Below the pieces are notes generated by a model that had not been told where the DNA came from, ran no database searches, and worked only from the letters and a program-made list of their open reading frames with translations. From the human T2T-CHM13v2.0 reference genome, Homo sapiens: a stretch of 64,000 bases of DNA. Shown here piece after piece: positions 44,924 to 58,700 of this stretch. The translations under genes and the position numbers were made by a program. Location of the stretch: assembly GCF_009914755.1 (NCBI RefSeq), contig NC_060928.1, one strand, 5' to 3'. The stretch's first letter is position 1. Every line of letters starts with the position of its first letter.

Positions 44924-45180
44924 TGGGATGGTTAATATTAAGTATCAACTTGATTGGATTGAATGATGCAAAGTATTGTTTCTCAGTGTGTCTGTGAGGG
45001 TGTTGCCAGAGGAGATTAACATTTGAGTCAGTGGATTGGGAGAAGCAGATGCACTCTCAATCAGCCAGTGTGGCTAGAAAAAGCAGGTGGAAGTAGGTGG
45101 AATGTACCAACTTACTGAGTCTTCCAGCCTTCATCTTTCTTTTGTGCTGGATGCTTCCCGTGCTCAAACATCAGACTCAG
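44924..45180 (+). mobile_element. MLT2A-like ERVL LTR, 5' part only
   Basis: tgggatggttaatattaagtatcaacttgattggattgaatgatgcaaagtattg...aaacatcagactc. Confidence 0.88.
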
Positions 45181-46030
45181 TGACTGAGTTCTCACAAAAT
45201 CTAATAGTTTTATAAGGGGCTTTTCCCTCTTTTGCTCAGCAGTTCTCCTTCCTGCCATCATGTGAAGAAGGTCGTGTTTGCTTCCCTTCTACGATGATTG
45301 TAAGATTCCTTAGGTTTCCCTAGCCTTGCAGAACTGTGAGTCAATTAATTCTTTCTTCTATAAATTACCCAGTCTCGGGTATGTCCTTATATCAGCATGA
45401 GAATGGACTAACACAGTAAACTGGTGCTGCAGAGAGTGGGGTGCTGCTACAAGCATACCCGAAAATGTGGAAGTGACTTTGGAACTCGCTAAGAGACAGA
45501 GGTTGGAACATCTTGGAGGGCTCAGAAGAAGACAGGAAAATGTGGGAAACTTTGGAACTTCCTAGAGACTTGGGGAGCTCAGAAGACAGGAATATGTGGC
45601 AAAGTTTGGAACTTCCTAGAGACTTGTTGAATGGCTTTGACCAATATACTGATAGTGATAGGGACAATAAGGTCCAGGCTGAGGTGGTGTCAGATGGAGA
45701 TGAGGAACTTTTTGGGAACTGGAATAAAGGTGATTCTTGCCATGTTTTAGCAAAGAGACTGGTGCCATTTTGCCCCTGCCCTAGAGATCTGTGGAACATT
45801 GAACTTGAGAGAGATGATTTAGGGTATCTGGCAAATAAATTTCTAAGCAGCAAAGTGTTTAAGACATGCCTTGGGTGCTGTTAAAAGCATTCAGTTTTAT
45901 GTATTCACAAAGATATGGTTTGAAATATGAACTTATGTTCAAAAGGGAAACAGAGAATAAAAGTTCAAAAAACTTGCAGCCTGATGATGTCATAGAAGAG
46001 AAGAACCCATTTTCTGAGAAGAAATTCAAG
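45181..46030 (+). mobile_element. THE1-like MaLR: 3' part of the 5' LTR (to 45415) plus truncated internal region
   Basis: LTR end gagaatggactaacaca, then gtaaactggtgctgcagagagtgggg. ORF 45513-45884 has MaLR gag-like text. Confidence 0.92.
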
Positions 46031-46283
46031 TGTTGTTTAGTAAAAAATTAGATATCAGAAAAATTATGGGTCTGGGCAAAAGAAGAGGTTATATTCATGT
46101 AGAAACAAGGAAAGGGTCTGAGTGGAAAGAGGAATAAAAAATAAGACAGCATATATTTAGAACAGAAAAATTAGAGGGTTGATCAATATTTTACAATTAA
46201 AACATCACATTTAAACCCAATAAAAAGAGAAATCATTATTTGTACTTAATCACTTTAACTTTGGATTTGATATTTTAACATAA
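46031..46283 (+). repeat. Dispersed ~250-bp direct duplication, copy A (inserted)
   Basis: Matches 48162-48412 with 11 substitutions and 2 small indels by manual alignment. Confidence 0.97.
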
Positions 46284-48161
46284 AATAGTTCAAAGGTCTA
46301 AATGTAAGACATAAAACTATAAAATCTTAGAAAAAATAAGGAAAATGCTTCATGACATTGGATTTGGTGATATTTCTTGTATATGATACCAAATATTTCG
46401 TTTTCTTCTGGGCAACTAAAGAAAAAGTAGAAATTAAATTTTCTGAAAATTTAAAAAATTATTTATCAAATGGCACTATTAACGTGAAAAAGGTAGCCAT
46501 CAAAGCGAGGATATATGTCCAAATTACATGTTTGATGAGGTATTAATATCCAGAATATATAGAAAACTCGTAAAACTTAACAGCGAAAGAAGAAACAACC
46601 TCATTAAAAAATGAACAAAGATCTTGAACAGACATTCCTCTACAGAAGACATGTAAGTGGCCAATAAGCATATAAAGAAGATGCTCAACATCATTAATTA
46701 TTAAGAAAAAGTCAAAACAACAATAAGATACCATGTCACACCTGTTAGTTTTGTTACTATCAAAAAAACAGAAAATAACAAGTATTGATGAGGATGTGGA
46801 AAAATTAAGACTCTTGTGCACTGTTGGTGGAAATGTAAAATGGTACAGTCAGTATACAGAGGAGTATGGTGACTTCTCAAAATATTAAAAATAGCATTAC
46901 CATATGATATAGCAATCCTGCTTCTGGGTATATATCCAGTAGATTTAAAAGTAGGGACCTGAACAGATGTTTATAGCAGCATAGCATCATTCACAATAGA
47001 TAGCTATTGAGATCAACAAAAGTTTCCATTGGCAGATGAATGGATAAACAAATTGTGATATATACATATGGTGGAATATTATTCATCTTTTAAAAGTATG
47101 GAAATTCTGAAATGGATGAACATTGTGTTAAGTGAAGTAAGCCAATTGCAAAAAGACAAATTCTACTTATATGGGTTATTAAGTAAGAGTGATTAGAATC
47201 ATAGAGACAGTAAGTAGAATAGTGATTTCCAAAGGCTCAGGGGATTGAGAAGTGGGGTTAATACTCAATTTCTATGCCCATTTTAAAATGGTATAGAATT
47301 TCAGTTTTGCAAAATGAAAGGAGTTCTGGAGATGGATGGTCGTGATTGTTGTTCAGCAATATGAATATACTTGATACTACTGCACTGTATCCTTAAAAAT
47401 GGCTAAGATAATAAATTTAACATTGTATTTTACTGCAATGAAAAATTGAAAAATAACCCTGATGGAATATTGTGAGAGTCGAATACTCTATCTAAAGCAA
47501 TTATCCCAGTGTCTGAGAAAAAGCACATATACTTTTGTTTTTATTCTATTTTAGCTTTAACATCCTCATGGCAACAAAGGACAGTTTTAATAATGGTGCT
47601 ATTTTATTTTTATGTTGAAGAAAGCCGTATGTGCAATGATTTGTTCTTCAGAGTAAAAATATTCATTCAAAGGTATTGTTTCATGTGATGACTGTTTTAG
47701 AGTATGCAGAGGGATGCATAAAGGCAAGTGTTTCTAAATAAGAACAAGTAGAGAATATCCCATGTAGGAGAAAATGATCAGCTGAATTCTGGTAGACCAG
47801 TAGGAACTAGAGGAAGTTAGATGAATGAATAGGAAAGATAGTCTAAAGCAGATGGAACATGTGGACAGGCAAAGACTTATGAACTAGAGTTAAGGAGTGG
47901 AGTTGTTAAGTAATTTCCAGTGATAGAAAAGAGGGAAGGATGTCTGGCAGAAGATCTCATACATGTATGCATGAACTACAAGATTAGAAAGAATTTAGGT
48001 GCAAATACAAGCCACGAAGAGCTCTTGAAGCATTTTCAAAATGTGACCAGATAGTGCAATCATGTTTGTGATTTAGAGTGGCAGTTAGTTAGACAAGGGT
48101 GAGGCAATCAGAATCAGGGAAATCTGTAAACACTTACTGTAGAGGTTTATGTAAAAAGTGT

Positions 48162-48412
48162 TGTTGTTTAGTAAAAAATTAGATCTCAGAAAAATTGTGG
48201 GTCTGTGCAAAAGAGGTTATATTTATGTAGAAACAAGGACAGGGTCTGAGTGGAAAGAGGAATAAGAAATAAGACAGCATATATTTAGACCAGAAAAATT
48301 AGAGAGTTGATCAGTATTTTACAATTAAAACATCACATTTAAAGCCAATAAAAAGAGAAATCATTATTTGTACTTAATTACTTTAACTTTGGATTTGATA
48401 TTTTAGACATAA
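48162..48412 (+). repeat. Dispersed ~250-bp direct duplication, copy B (likely source)
   Basis: tgttgtttagtaaaaaattagat...ggatttgatattttagacataa, shared with 46031-46283. Confidence 0.97.
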
Positions 48413-48804
48413 TGAGACAAGTATATTTATTATAATGGTTTTTAAGTGAGTGTATATTATTTTACTGCATTATGTTCAGATTTTACTGAGATTCTCAGTG
48501 GAAGCTGGGGCAAGTTTGAGAATCTCCAGGTTGATCAAGGAAGAGCTAGGTTGAGAGTCATAAACACATGAAACATATTGAGGCTGGAAAAGGTTGCACG
48601 ACAGGGGAAGTCCCTCTCAGCAAGAGACCTGCCAGAGACCACAGGACAGAGCCACCACCAGAAGGAGAATAAGGTAATGAAATTCCAGGGGGAAGAAGGG
48701 AGAGAGGAGAAATTGTAGAGGCAGCTTATGCATGTAGCTGATGTTCCTCAGAAGCAAGGTGGGAAGACTGGGTCACAGAAATCTGAATATCTTGTGTGTG
48801 TGTT

Positions 48805-51507
48805 TTTAAAAAATTTGTTGTATTGTTGTTTTATAGGCCCTGTGAGATTTATGCTTTAAGGATGTTCTGTTTTGATGTATTTTGAGAATTTGTTTCAAGA
48901 TTTAGAGCTCTTTTTCGCAGTTCTTGTAGTGCTTGCTTGGTAGTGGCATGTTCTCTCAGCAGTTATTTGTCTGAAAAAAACTTCAACTTTTTTTTTTCAT
49001 TTATGAAGCTTAGTTTCACTGGATACAAAGTTCTTGGCTGATAAATATTTTGTTTAAGGAGGCTAAAAATAGGACTCCAATCCCTTCTAGATTGTAGGGT
49101 TTCTGCTGATAAATCTGCTGTTAACAGATTTTCCTTTATAGGTTACCTGATGCTTCTGCCTCACAGCTCTTAAGATTCTTTCCTTTGCCTTGACTTTAGA
49201 TAACCTGATAACTACATGTCTAGGTGTTGATCTTTTGCTGATGAATTTCCCAGGTGTTCTTTGAGCTTCTTGTATTTGGATGTCTAGCTGTCTAGCAAGG
49301 ATGGGGAAGTCTTCCTTGATTATTTTGTCAAATAAGTTTTCCAAACTTTTAGATTTATCTTCTTCCTCAGGAACACCAATTATTCTTAGGTCTGGTCATT
49401 TACATAATCTTAAACTTCATGAAAGCTTTGTTCATTTTAAAAAATTATTTTGTCTTTGTCTTTGTCAGACTGGGTTAATTCAAAAGCCTTGTCTTTGAGC
49501 TCTGAAATTCTTTCTTCTATTTGTTCAATTCTATTGTTGAAAATTTCCAGTGTGTTTTGCATTATTCTAAGTGTGTCTTTCATTTCCAGAAGTTGTGATT
49601 GTTTTTTATTTATGATATCTATTTCTCTGGGGATATTTAAAATCCATATCCTGTTTTTTTTCCTTTTAATTTCTTTGAGTTGGTTTTCACCTTTCTCTGG
49701 TGCCTCCTTGAATAGCTTGACTGTTGACCTTCTGAATTTCTTTTTCTGCAATTCGGAGATTTCTTGGTTTGGTTTCATTGCTGGTTAGCTAATGTGGTCT
49801 TTTAGAAGTGTTATAGAATCTTGTTTTGTGATATTACCAGAATTGTTTTTCTGGTTCCTTCTCATTCGTGTAGACTATGTAAGAGGAAAGATTTGGGACT
49901 CAAAAACTGCTGATTAGATTCTTTTGTCCCATGGGATGACCTCTTGATGTGGTGCTCTCCTGCTTCTCCTAGGGATGGGGCTTCCTGAGAGCTGAACCGT
50001 AGTAATTGTTATTGCTCTTCTGGGTCTAGCTACCCAGTGGAGCTACTGGGCTCTGGCCTGGCACTTCGGAATGTCTGCAAAGTGATGTGATCCTTCTTCA
50101 GGTCTCTCAGCCATGGATACAAAAACCTGCTCCAGTGGAGGTAACAGGGGGAGTGAAGTGGACTCTGTGAGAGTCCTTGGTTGCAGTGTTGTTTAGTGTG
50201 CTGGTTTTCTTGAATGCTGGTTATCCTAGCAGTAAAGTTGTCATGTGGACAGACTCAGGGCCTCTTGTCAGCCAGGATATTATAGGCGGTGGAATTTGCT
50301 GTTGTTTTCTCCTTCCTTGGAGCAGGGTTGTTCTGTTACGTGTTGCCGTAATGACTTGAGTTGGTTGGCCTCTAGCCAGGAGGTGTCACTTTCAAGAGAG
50401 TATTAGCTGTGGTTGTATAGAGGGTGTACGAGCTTGCCCTAAGGTTGCCTGAATAAGTATTCATCTTTCTCAGGTGATGGGTAGGGCCACAGAGCTCCCA
50501 CAAGTTTATGTCCTTTGTTTTTGGCTGCCAGGGTGGGTAGGAAAAGACCATTAGGTGGGGTGGAGGCGGTTAGGTGTGTCTGAGCTCAGACTCCTTGGGT
50601 GGCCTTGTTGTGGTCACTGTGGGGCATGGGGTGGTTCTCATACCAACGGAGTTGTGTTCCAAGGGGGATTATAGCTTCCTCTGCTGCTTCATACAGGTCA
50701 TCAGGGAAGGTGGGGGAAAGCAGGCAGTAACAGGCCTCTCTCAGCTCCTACACAGCCAGTAAGGCCAGTCTCACTTCTGCCATGCTCCCCTAATAGCTAA
50801 CAGAGCTAAATTTATATCCAGGCCTCCAGTGCACAGGGCTGAGATCTTGTCCCAGGCTATAAGCCTCCCTGTTGAGAAAGCAAGCAGGGTTTTGAGGCCT
50901 TGCTCCTCTCTGCCTGCCATGGCTTCTGTGTTCATATTTGCACTTCCTGTTTGTGCCCTGACCCCTGGCTTCTGCCCTAGAAAATTCATGCTAGGTCAAA
51001 ATTATTATAAAGTTTAGCTGGAAGTCTTCTTCTCCCTGTGGACCTTCTTTAATTCCATTGGCTGCCCTCCCCAAGGACTCCTGTGAGACGAAGTCAGAAA
51101 TGGCTTCCTGGGGAACAGGAGTGCCTACAGGGTTCTTCCTCCTGCTTCTTCTACTTTTATATTTCACTTGGCTCTCTAAATTTGTTTCAGCTCTAGGTAA
51201 GTTTAATTCTTTCTCCTGTGATCTGGATTTTCAGGTTCCCCTGTGAGGATGCGTGTTCGAAGGTGAACTGTCCCCTTCTCACACTTTCGGCAGTCACAGT
51301 TTTTTTTTTTCCAGCTGTTTCACAGAGTTTGCAGTGGCAAGCCACTTCTTTCAATGGGTCTGTGAATTCTTTTGGTTTTCCTAGTACATTCCTGTGGTGA
51401 TTCTTGGAGCATAAATTTATGATGTGAGTCTCTACACACTGTTCTGTCTATCTGAGTGGGAGCTGCAAGTTAGTCTTGCCTCCTATTTGCTATTTTTTTT
51501 TCCAATC
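48805..51507 (-). mobile_element. L1PB-like LINE-1 5' half (5'UTR and decayed ORF1)
   Basis: - strand ORF1p peptides (ENLFDKIIKEDFPILARQLDIQIQEAQRTP...PRHVVIRLSKV) and a long L1PBa-type 5'UTR. Confidence 0.92.
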
Positions 51508-51509
51508 CT

Positions 51510-54500
51510 CAATACCATTTCTTGAAGAGATTGTTCTTTTCCCATTGTGTTCTTTGCAGCATTGTTGAAAATCAATTAGCTATAAGTGCATGGGTTTATT
51601 TCTGGGCTTTCTAACCTGTTTTATTGGTTGATGTGTCTGTTTTTATACACATAGCATTCTGGTTTGACTATAATTGCTTTGTAGTATATTTTGAAATTAG
51701 AATGTGATGCCTCCAGCTTTTTTTTCTCAAGATTATTTTGGCTATTTGTAATCTTCTGTGGTTTCATGTGAACTTAAAAATGTTTTCTATTTCTGTGAAA
51801 AATGACATCAGAATTTTGATAAGCATTGCACTGAATATGTAGATATTGGTGGGAAGTATGGAAATTTTAACCATATTTATTCTTCCAATCCATAAACACA
51901 GATAGTTTTCCATTTTTCTGTTTTCTTTTTTTATCAGGTTTTATAATTTTTATTATACAGGTTTTTCACTTCCTTGATTAAATTTACATATAAATATTTT
52001 ATATTTTTATTGCTATTATAAATTGAATTGTTTTTTAAATTTTCTTTTTCACATTGTTTATTATTAGCATATGGAAATGCTACTGATTTTCATATGTTGA
52101 TTTTGTATTCTGCAACTTTACTGAATTCATTTCTCAGTTCTAACAGTATTTTGGTGGAGTCTTTAGGGGTTTCTATATAGAAAATCATGTGATCAGCAAA
52201 TAGAAACAATTTCACTTCTTTTTTCCTATTAGGATGCTTTTTATTTCTTTTACTTTCCTAATTGCTCTGGCTAGGACTTTCAGTACTATGTTGAAAAGAA
52301 GTAAGAGCGGGCATCATTGTCTTGTCCTAATCTTAGAGGAAAGGTTTTCAACTTTTCATCATGGAATATGATGTTAGCTATAGGTTTGGCATATATAACC
52401 TTTTTTTGTACTTCTTCTATACCCAATCTGTTGAGCAGTTTTGTCATGAAAGTATGTTGCATTTTTTCAAATTTTTTTTTTGCATTCATTGAGATGATCA
52501 TATGGTTTTTAGCCTTCATTTTGTTAATGTGGTATATTACAAAGATTGATATGCATATGTTGAAACATCCTTGTATCATACAGATAAATTCCACTTGATC
52601 ATGGTGAATAACTATTTTAATGTGCTATTATATTTGGTTTGCTAATATTTGTTTATCTTGTTGAAGATTTTTGCATTTATGTTCATCAGAATATCGGTTT
52701 GTAGTTTTCCTTTATTGTAGTGTCCTTGTCTGGCTTTGCTTATCAGGGTAACGTTGGCCTCCTAAAATGAGTTTGGAAGCATTCCTTCTACTTTGATTTT
52801 TTGGAAACGTTTAAGAAGAATTGCAATTAGTTCTTTTTTAAATAATTGGTAGAATTTAGCAGCGAAACCATACAGTCCAGGGATTTCCTTTGATGATAGG
52901 CTTTTTATTACTGATTCAATCTTCTCACTTCTTATTGGTCCATTCAGATTTTCTATTTCTTTATGATTCAGGCTTGGTATTTTGTATGTGCCTAGGATTT
53001 ATCTGGTTCTTGTAGATTATCCAATTTGTTGGCAAATAATTTTTTATAGTATTTTCTTATGATTCTTAGTATTTCTGTGGTATCAGTTGTGATATTTCCT
53101 TTTTCATTATAGATTTTATTTATTTGAGTATTCTCTTTTTTCCTACTTAGTCTAGCTAAGGATCTGTCAGTTTTGTTTATCTTTTAAAAAACCAACTCTT
53201 AGTTTTGTTGATTTTTTTTTCCTATTGTTTTTCTAGTCTCTGTTTCTTCCTCTTGGATCTTTGTTTTTCTTTCCTTCTGCCAACTTTGGGTTTCATTTAT
53301 TCTTCTTTTTCTTAGCTCTTTAAGGTGTAATTTAGAGTCTATTTTGTCCGATATAAGTATAGCTATCCTTGCTCTCTTCTGGTTCCAATTTTTGTGGAAT
53401 ATCTTTTTCTATCCCTTCATTTTCAGTCTATGTTTGTACTTACTTGTACAATGAGACTCTTGTAGGTAGAGTATGGTTGGATCTTGCTTTTTAAGTTCAT
53501 TCAGACACTCTTTCTTTTTTTTGGAGAATTTAACCCATTTACATTCAAGATAATTATTTATAGGTAATGGTTTGGTACTGTCATTTTGTAATTTGTTCAT
53601 TGGTGGTTTTGTAGATCCTTTGTTTCTTTCTTTTTCTCTTGCTGTCTTTCTTTGTGTTTTGATAGTTTTCTATGGTAGTATGCTTTGCATCTTTTTTTTA
53701 ATTTTGTGCTGCTACTATAACTTTTTGTTTTGTGGTTACTACAGTGCTTATATAAAATATCTTATCCTTATAATAGGCTATTTTAAGCTGATAGCAACTT
53801 AATTACATAGAAGAATTCTATATTCACTACCTCTTCACCACCTTTTATAATTTTGATGTCAATATTTACATTTATAATTTGTATCTCTTAAGAATTTATT
53901 GCTGCTATAGTTCTTTTATAGTTTCTTCTTTTAACATTTATAGTAGAGATGAAGCAGATTTTTCAGTAGAAACACTGCACGACCCTTCCAGTATTAGAGA
54001 ATTCTCCATATGACTATGTATTACTTATACCATTGACATTGAGTTTTTAATTTTTACATGTTTTGTGTAATTAATTATCAGCCTTTCATTTCAGCTTGAA
54101 GTACTCCTTTTAGCAATTCCTATAAATCAAGTCTAGTAGTGATGAAATCACTTAGCTTTTGCTTGTCTGGAGAAGTTTCTATTTCTTATTCATTTCTGAA
54201 CAGCTTTGCCTGGTAAGTATTCTAGGTTGACAGATTTTTTTCTTCAGCATCTTGAATATATTTTTCTACTCTCCCCTGGCCTGCAGAGTTTCTACTGAAA
54301 AATCTGCTGAAGCCATTTTAGATTCTCCTGATTTTGATATGTTTCTCATCTCTCCTTGCTTTCAGTATTCTTTCTTTGTCTTTGATTTTTGATTTCATTA
54401 TGATGTGTCTGGTTAATATTTTTGGGGTTAAATTTTAGTGGAACCTCTGAGATTCCTTTATCTGAATGTTTTTGTTTTTTCCCAGATTTGTAAAACTGTC

Positions 54501-55780
54501 AGCTATTATTTTCTTTAATAGGCTTTCTGGGCCCTTTTTCTGTCTGTTCTCTTGGAACTACTATTATGCCAAGGTTCAATATCTTGATGATGTCCCATAA
54601 TTCCCATAGACCTTTTCAATTGTTTTCATTCCTTTGCTTGGATAATTTAATATGTCTTATTGTTGAGCTCACTGATTCTTTCTTCTACTTGATCAAGTCT
54701 GCTATTGAAGCTTTATATTGACTTTCTCGGTTTAGTTATTGTATTCATTATTGCTACAATTTTTTCTTACAGTTTCTATTTCTTTGTCAAAGTTCTCAGT
54801 TTGTTTGTGAACTGTTTTCCACATTTTAATTTTCTATCCATCTTTTTTATCCATATTATAGTTCCCTGAACTTCTTTAAGAGGATTAGCTTGAATTCTTT
54901 GTCAGTCATTTCTTATATCTCCATCTTTTGAGGGTCCATTATTGGAGCTTAATTTCTTTGGGTGGTGTCATATTTCTCTGATTTTTCATAATATGTCTCT
55001 GCATTGGTGCCTGCACGTTGAGGAAATGACCATGTCTTCCAGCCTTTGCAGGTATTCTTTGGTGGTGATCAACTTTCAGAATTTTGTCTAGTCTGGGATT
55101 CTGGGCCTAGCTGTTGTGACCTAGAACAGGCAGATTTTGATGTTGGGTCCTTTAGCTGGGCTGGGCTGCTCCCTGTGCTCAGAGGTCAAATGGGTGTGCC
55201 GGGAGTGCCTTGTGGTCCAGTGAGACAACTGGCTGAACTCTGTGGTTAGGTGGAGTTGCTGGCTAGGTCTGCAGTTACCTCTGATCGGGCAGGGTTGAAG
55301 GCTGTCTTCCCTGACTGGGCAGTACTATTGTTTGGAATCTGTAGTTTGACAGGGTTGTGTGCTGGGGTCTGAGGTTGAGTGAGGTCTCTGGATTCTCCGC
55401 TCTGCCATTTGGGGTGAGCAGGGTCAGACACTGTGCTCCATAGATAGGCATGGACTTGAGCTTGCCTCCTGGTTTAGGGTAGCCTTAAGCAGAACACAAC
55501 AGCTTTTTTGGGTCACTGTCTGGCTGCTGGGGTTAAGCAGGGCCATATTCTCCCTCTGTGGATAATCTCTGATCTACTTTTGCCTCCTCTCTGAGGAGGC
55601 TCAAGGAGAACACCAAGGCTTGGTTGGATCACCGCTCAGCACTGGAACTGGGTGGGACAGGATGCTTCTCCATGGATTATCACCAATGTGCATTTGTCTT
55701 CCAGACTGAAAATGCTTAAAGAGAGCACTAGGTCTGGGTTGGGAAGCTGCCTAAGGAATCAAGCCTGGCACAACATATGC
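51510..55780 (-). mobile_element. L1MA/L1M-like LINE-1 (ORF2 RT region, deletion at ~53330, ORF1, 5'UTR)
   Basis: RT-like peptide (MQG.FNI..S..VIYHINKMKAKNHMIIS.NAKK.F.K.QH.FM type) at 52286-52594, endonuclease-like peptide at 53409-53600, GC-rich 5'UTR-like part. Confidence 0.88.
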
Positions 55781-58700
55781 AGCATACTTTAACATATTTA
55801 TATTAAAATACAATTACATGTTTGATTTTTCTACAGACCTTTAGGTAGAGATATTTTCTCATTTCCCACATTTCAGAGTGCATTACAATCCACTAGAACT
55901 CAGGGTTGAATAGGGAAGGCACTTTGTCCTTTTTCCCCGGAGCATGTATGTTTTTAGTAACTATGGTGCAATGAATCAATGTATGAATGAATAAATTCCT
56001 GAGGCTAAACAGTCAATGAATACCCAAACTGGAAGTTAAACCTAGATCTGATTTCAGAGCCTGTGAACTTCAATTATATCATGCTACTCTCTTAAATTAA
56101 AAAAAAAAAACTGTAGAAAGTATATTTAAGAAACACATTATCATGATGAAGAGATAAAAATATTCCAAGCAGAAAGATAATTTAGTTTATATCACATTGA
56201 TTATGGAGCATATTCTCAGGTAGCACTGTTAGTAGGTAAGCATACATTTAATGTAAAAGAAAATAATTTTACAATGGATTGCACTGGATGATCCATAGGT
56301 CTCTCCTATTCTTGTCTTTGGTGCTGAGATTGATGCATTCTTGGTTTCTTTTGTTAGCTTTTTATAGCTCTGGAATTTGTTGAATTCAAATGAGTTTTGA
56401 TTTCTAAAACCTTTTTAACTGTTTGGAAAAAATGGCACTGTACAAAAGTTTATACACTGTGTTGGACTGGAAAAAAATTGAGGCCAGCATTTGAAGATCT
56501 AGTCATATAGAATAAAAGTATCATAAACTAGTTATCAATTTGCCATTTGATATAACATAGACTTTTAAAGCTATTTCACAGTAAGATGAGAATAGAGCCT
56601 GATTAAGATAGAATGGTTAACATATGCTTATGAAAGATTTCCTAGTCCTCACAATAGTAACCTTCACTAATGACATTACTTGTACTAATTAATATGTCTG
56701 TAAGTCTGGTTTAACTTAGATGAAGGCACTGGGATAAACTTACACCTTCAAACTCCACACTGAATAATTGACTACATGGTCAAAATAAAACAAGACAAAA
56801 ATTCTAATAAGAGCAACACATGCCTCCAGAAAATAAAAACAAGAAACAGCACTTTTTTGAAGCTTTTGTATATCTCTCATAAAGCGTCTGATATACAGAA
56901 AATAATTATTGATGGAATGAAACATAATTAACACAGTTTTTGGGAAACATCTGAAAACCACTTGAATACATGATTTTTTTTTAACAGTTTATGAAGAATA
57001 AATTACATTGATTATTATGTGTACATGGAGGTAATTGTCTTTAAATCATGTATAACATGGTACATTTTATTACTACCAATTTGCATTTATGATATAATTG
57101 ATTTGTTAACTTGCAAAATTTTTATTCAGTAAAATTTTTATTCTAAATACTTATAGAAGTTTTGAACATTATATGTTAAGAAATATTGGAAGCTAAATAT
57201 ATCTGTGCATGCTAATAAAAATCACATTTTACAAAGGTTATTAAAACTCATGAAAATTTTAAAAATTGATATTGGTATTTATTTAAATCAATAAACTACA
57301 TTCAATCTGGTCTTGAACTATTATAACACTTTTCTGTCATAAAATTGCTCATTAATTTCTTCTGTCAGAAATCAGTAATTTTGAGTAGTAATGTTTCTTG
57401 TAAGTTTTTCATTTTTTCTTTATGTAAATAATTAGCAGAAATTTCAACTTTAAATTATCTTGGATTTTAATATTCTTATAGACACTGCTACTTTAGGCTA
57501 AGATTTTCCTTGTCAAGGTACAATTATTCTACAACTCAACAGGGATATTCTAGTGATAAGTCACCATCCAGTATGTAAATGTGTTTTAGTGCTTAAATAG
57601 GAGGCAGCTGTTTGAATTATCTTCCACTAAATGTCTGATTTCTCTTCAAAGATAAGTTCCAGGGAACACACATCACCACTACTAAGTGAGGTGCGGTATG
57701 TGCTCCATGTATCCAGGACAGAAACACTCTTTCTCTCATTTCTTATAATCACAATTTTTGCCATAGTAATTGATACTGAATATCCTAAAGGATTCTGGCA
57801 GAGGACTAAGATAACCTTCAATAGAACATCTGGTACATGTGGATTGTGTTTGCTAATATAGATTTTATTATCATTGATACATCAAACATTAGCCGAAGTA
57901 GGACTTACGCCAGTATCAGAACATTAATATAAGACCTGTTTTACTATTATGTTTCAGTCTCTTTCGATTTAAATATATATTGAATTTATATAAATTGGTT
58001 TTATGACAGTTAATCTAAATATTAGAAACAAGGTTTCCCGAGACTAAGGAAATATCATTAAAAACACATTAAGCATTCTTTGAGGACCTGAATTGAAAAG
58101 TTCCATTTAGGAATATGCTCTAAAGTGGAGAATAATGGGGCAGGCTTAACCCTAAATGAGAGGGGTAAGTTTAAATGTAAATTTATTAATGCTTCTGTCT
58201 TTAGGTAAACTATGAAAATAAAAAGCAATATGAGGACTCTTTTTTTTTTTTTTTTCAGATGAGGGAGATCTAAGGGAAGAGGGATTTTTTTGTTCTTTAG
58301 ACCCTCTCCTGGGAAATCCAACTAATTCAATTTGAAGGCTGCTAAAGCACACATGCTGATTAGTATAAGAGACTTAGAAGTCCAGATGATTAACAGTCCT
58401 TTTTTATTGAAAGACATTCAAAGGAAAACTTCTTGGCAGTCTTTTACAACCTAGGGGAACAATATAGGGGAGAGGTGACAGCTACTGAAACTTTGCTTCA
58501 AAAGGCTGGCACTTGGATTCCTTTGCTTGACATTGTTAAAACATGACACTGCCATTTAATTTGTTTTTTTCTTAAATTATAATCCATTTAGTTTTTATTT
58601 CTTAATTAAAAATAACCATTCTCTTTTAAGCTTTTTAAAAACCTATTTATCATTTCTGCTTTTATTCTTTTGAACAAAGTTCACTCTTCCTCTCCTGGTC

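Larger units (their letters stand above)
40992..47455 (+). mobile_element. Near full-length decayed L1MB-like LINE-1, interrupted at ~44924-46283
   Basis: 5' gattctgggaagatggcagaatagga, collinear ORF1 and ORF2 remnants, and L1MB-type 3'UTR (gttctggagatggatggt...cttaaaaatggctaaga). Confidence 0.9.

Noticed and set aside
45515-45625. ~55-bp tandem duplication in the THE1 internal region
   Set aside because: I recall it as a feature of some THE1-int consensus sequences, so it is probably not locus-specific. Not verified.
58239-58262. Strong poly-T plus CAG acceptor-like site
   Set aside because: No convincing downstream donor, and poly-T runs ending in AG are common.
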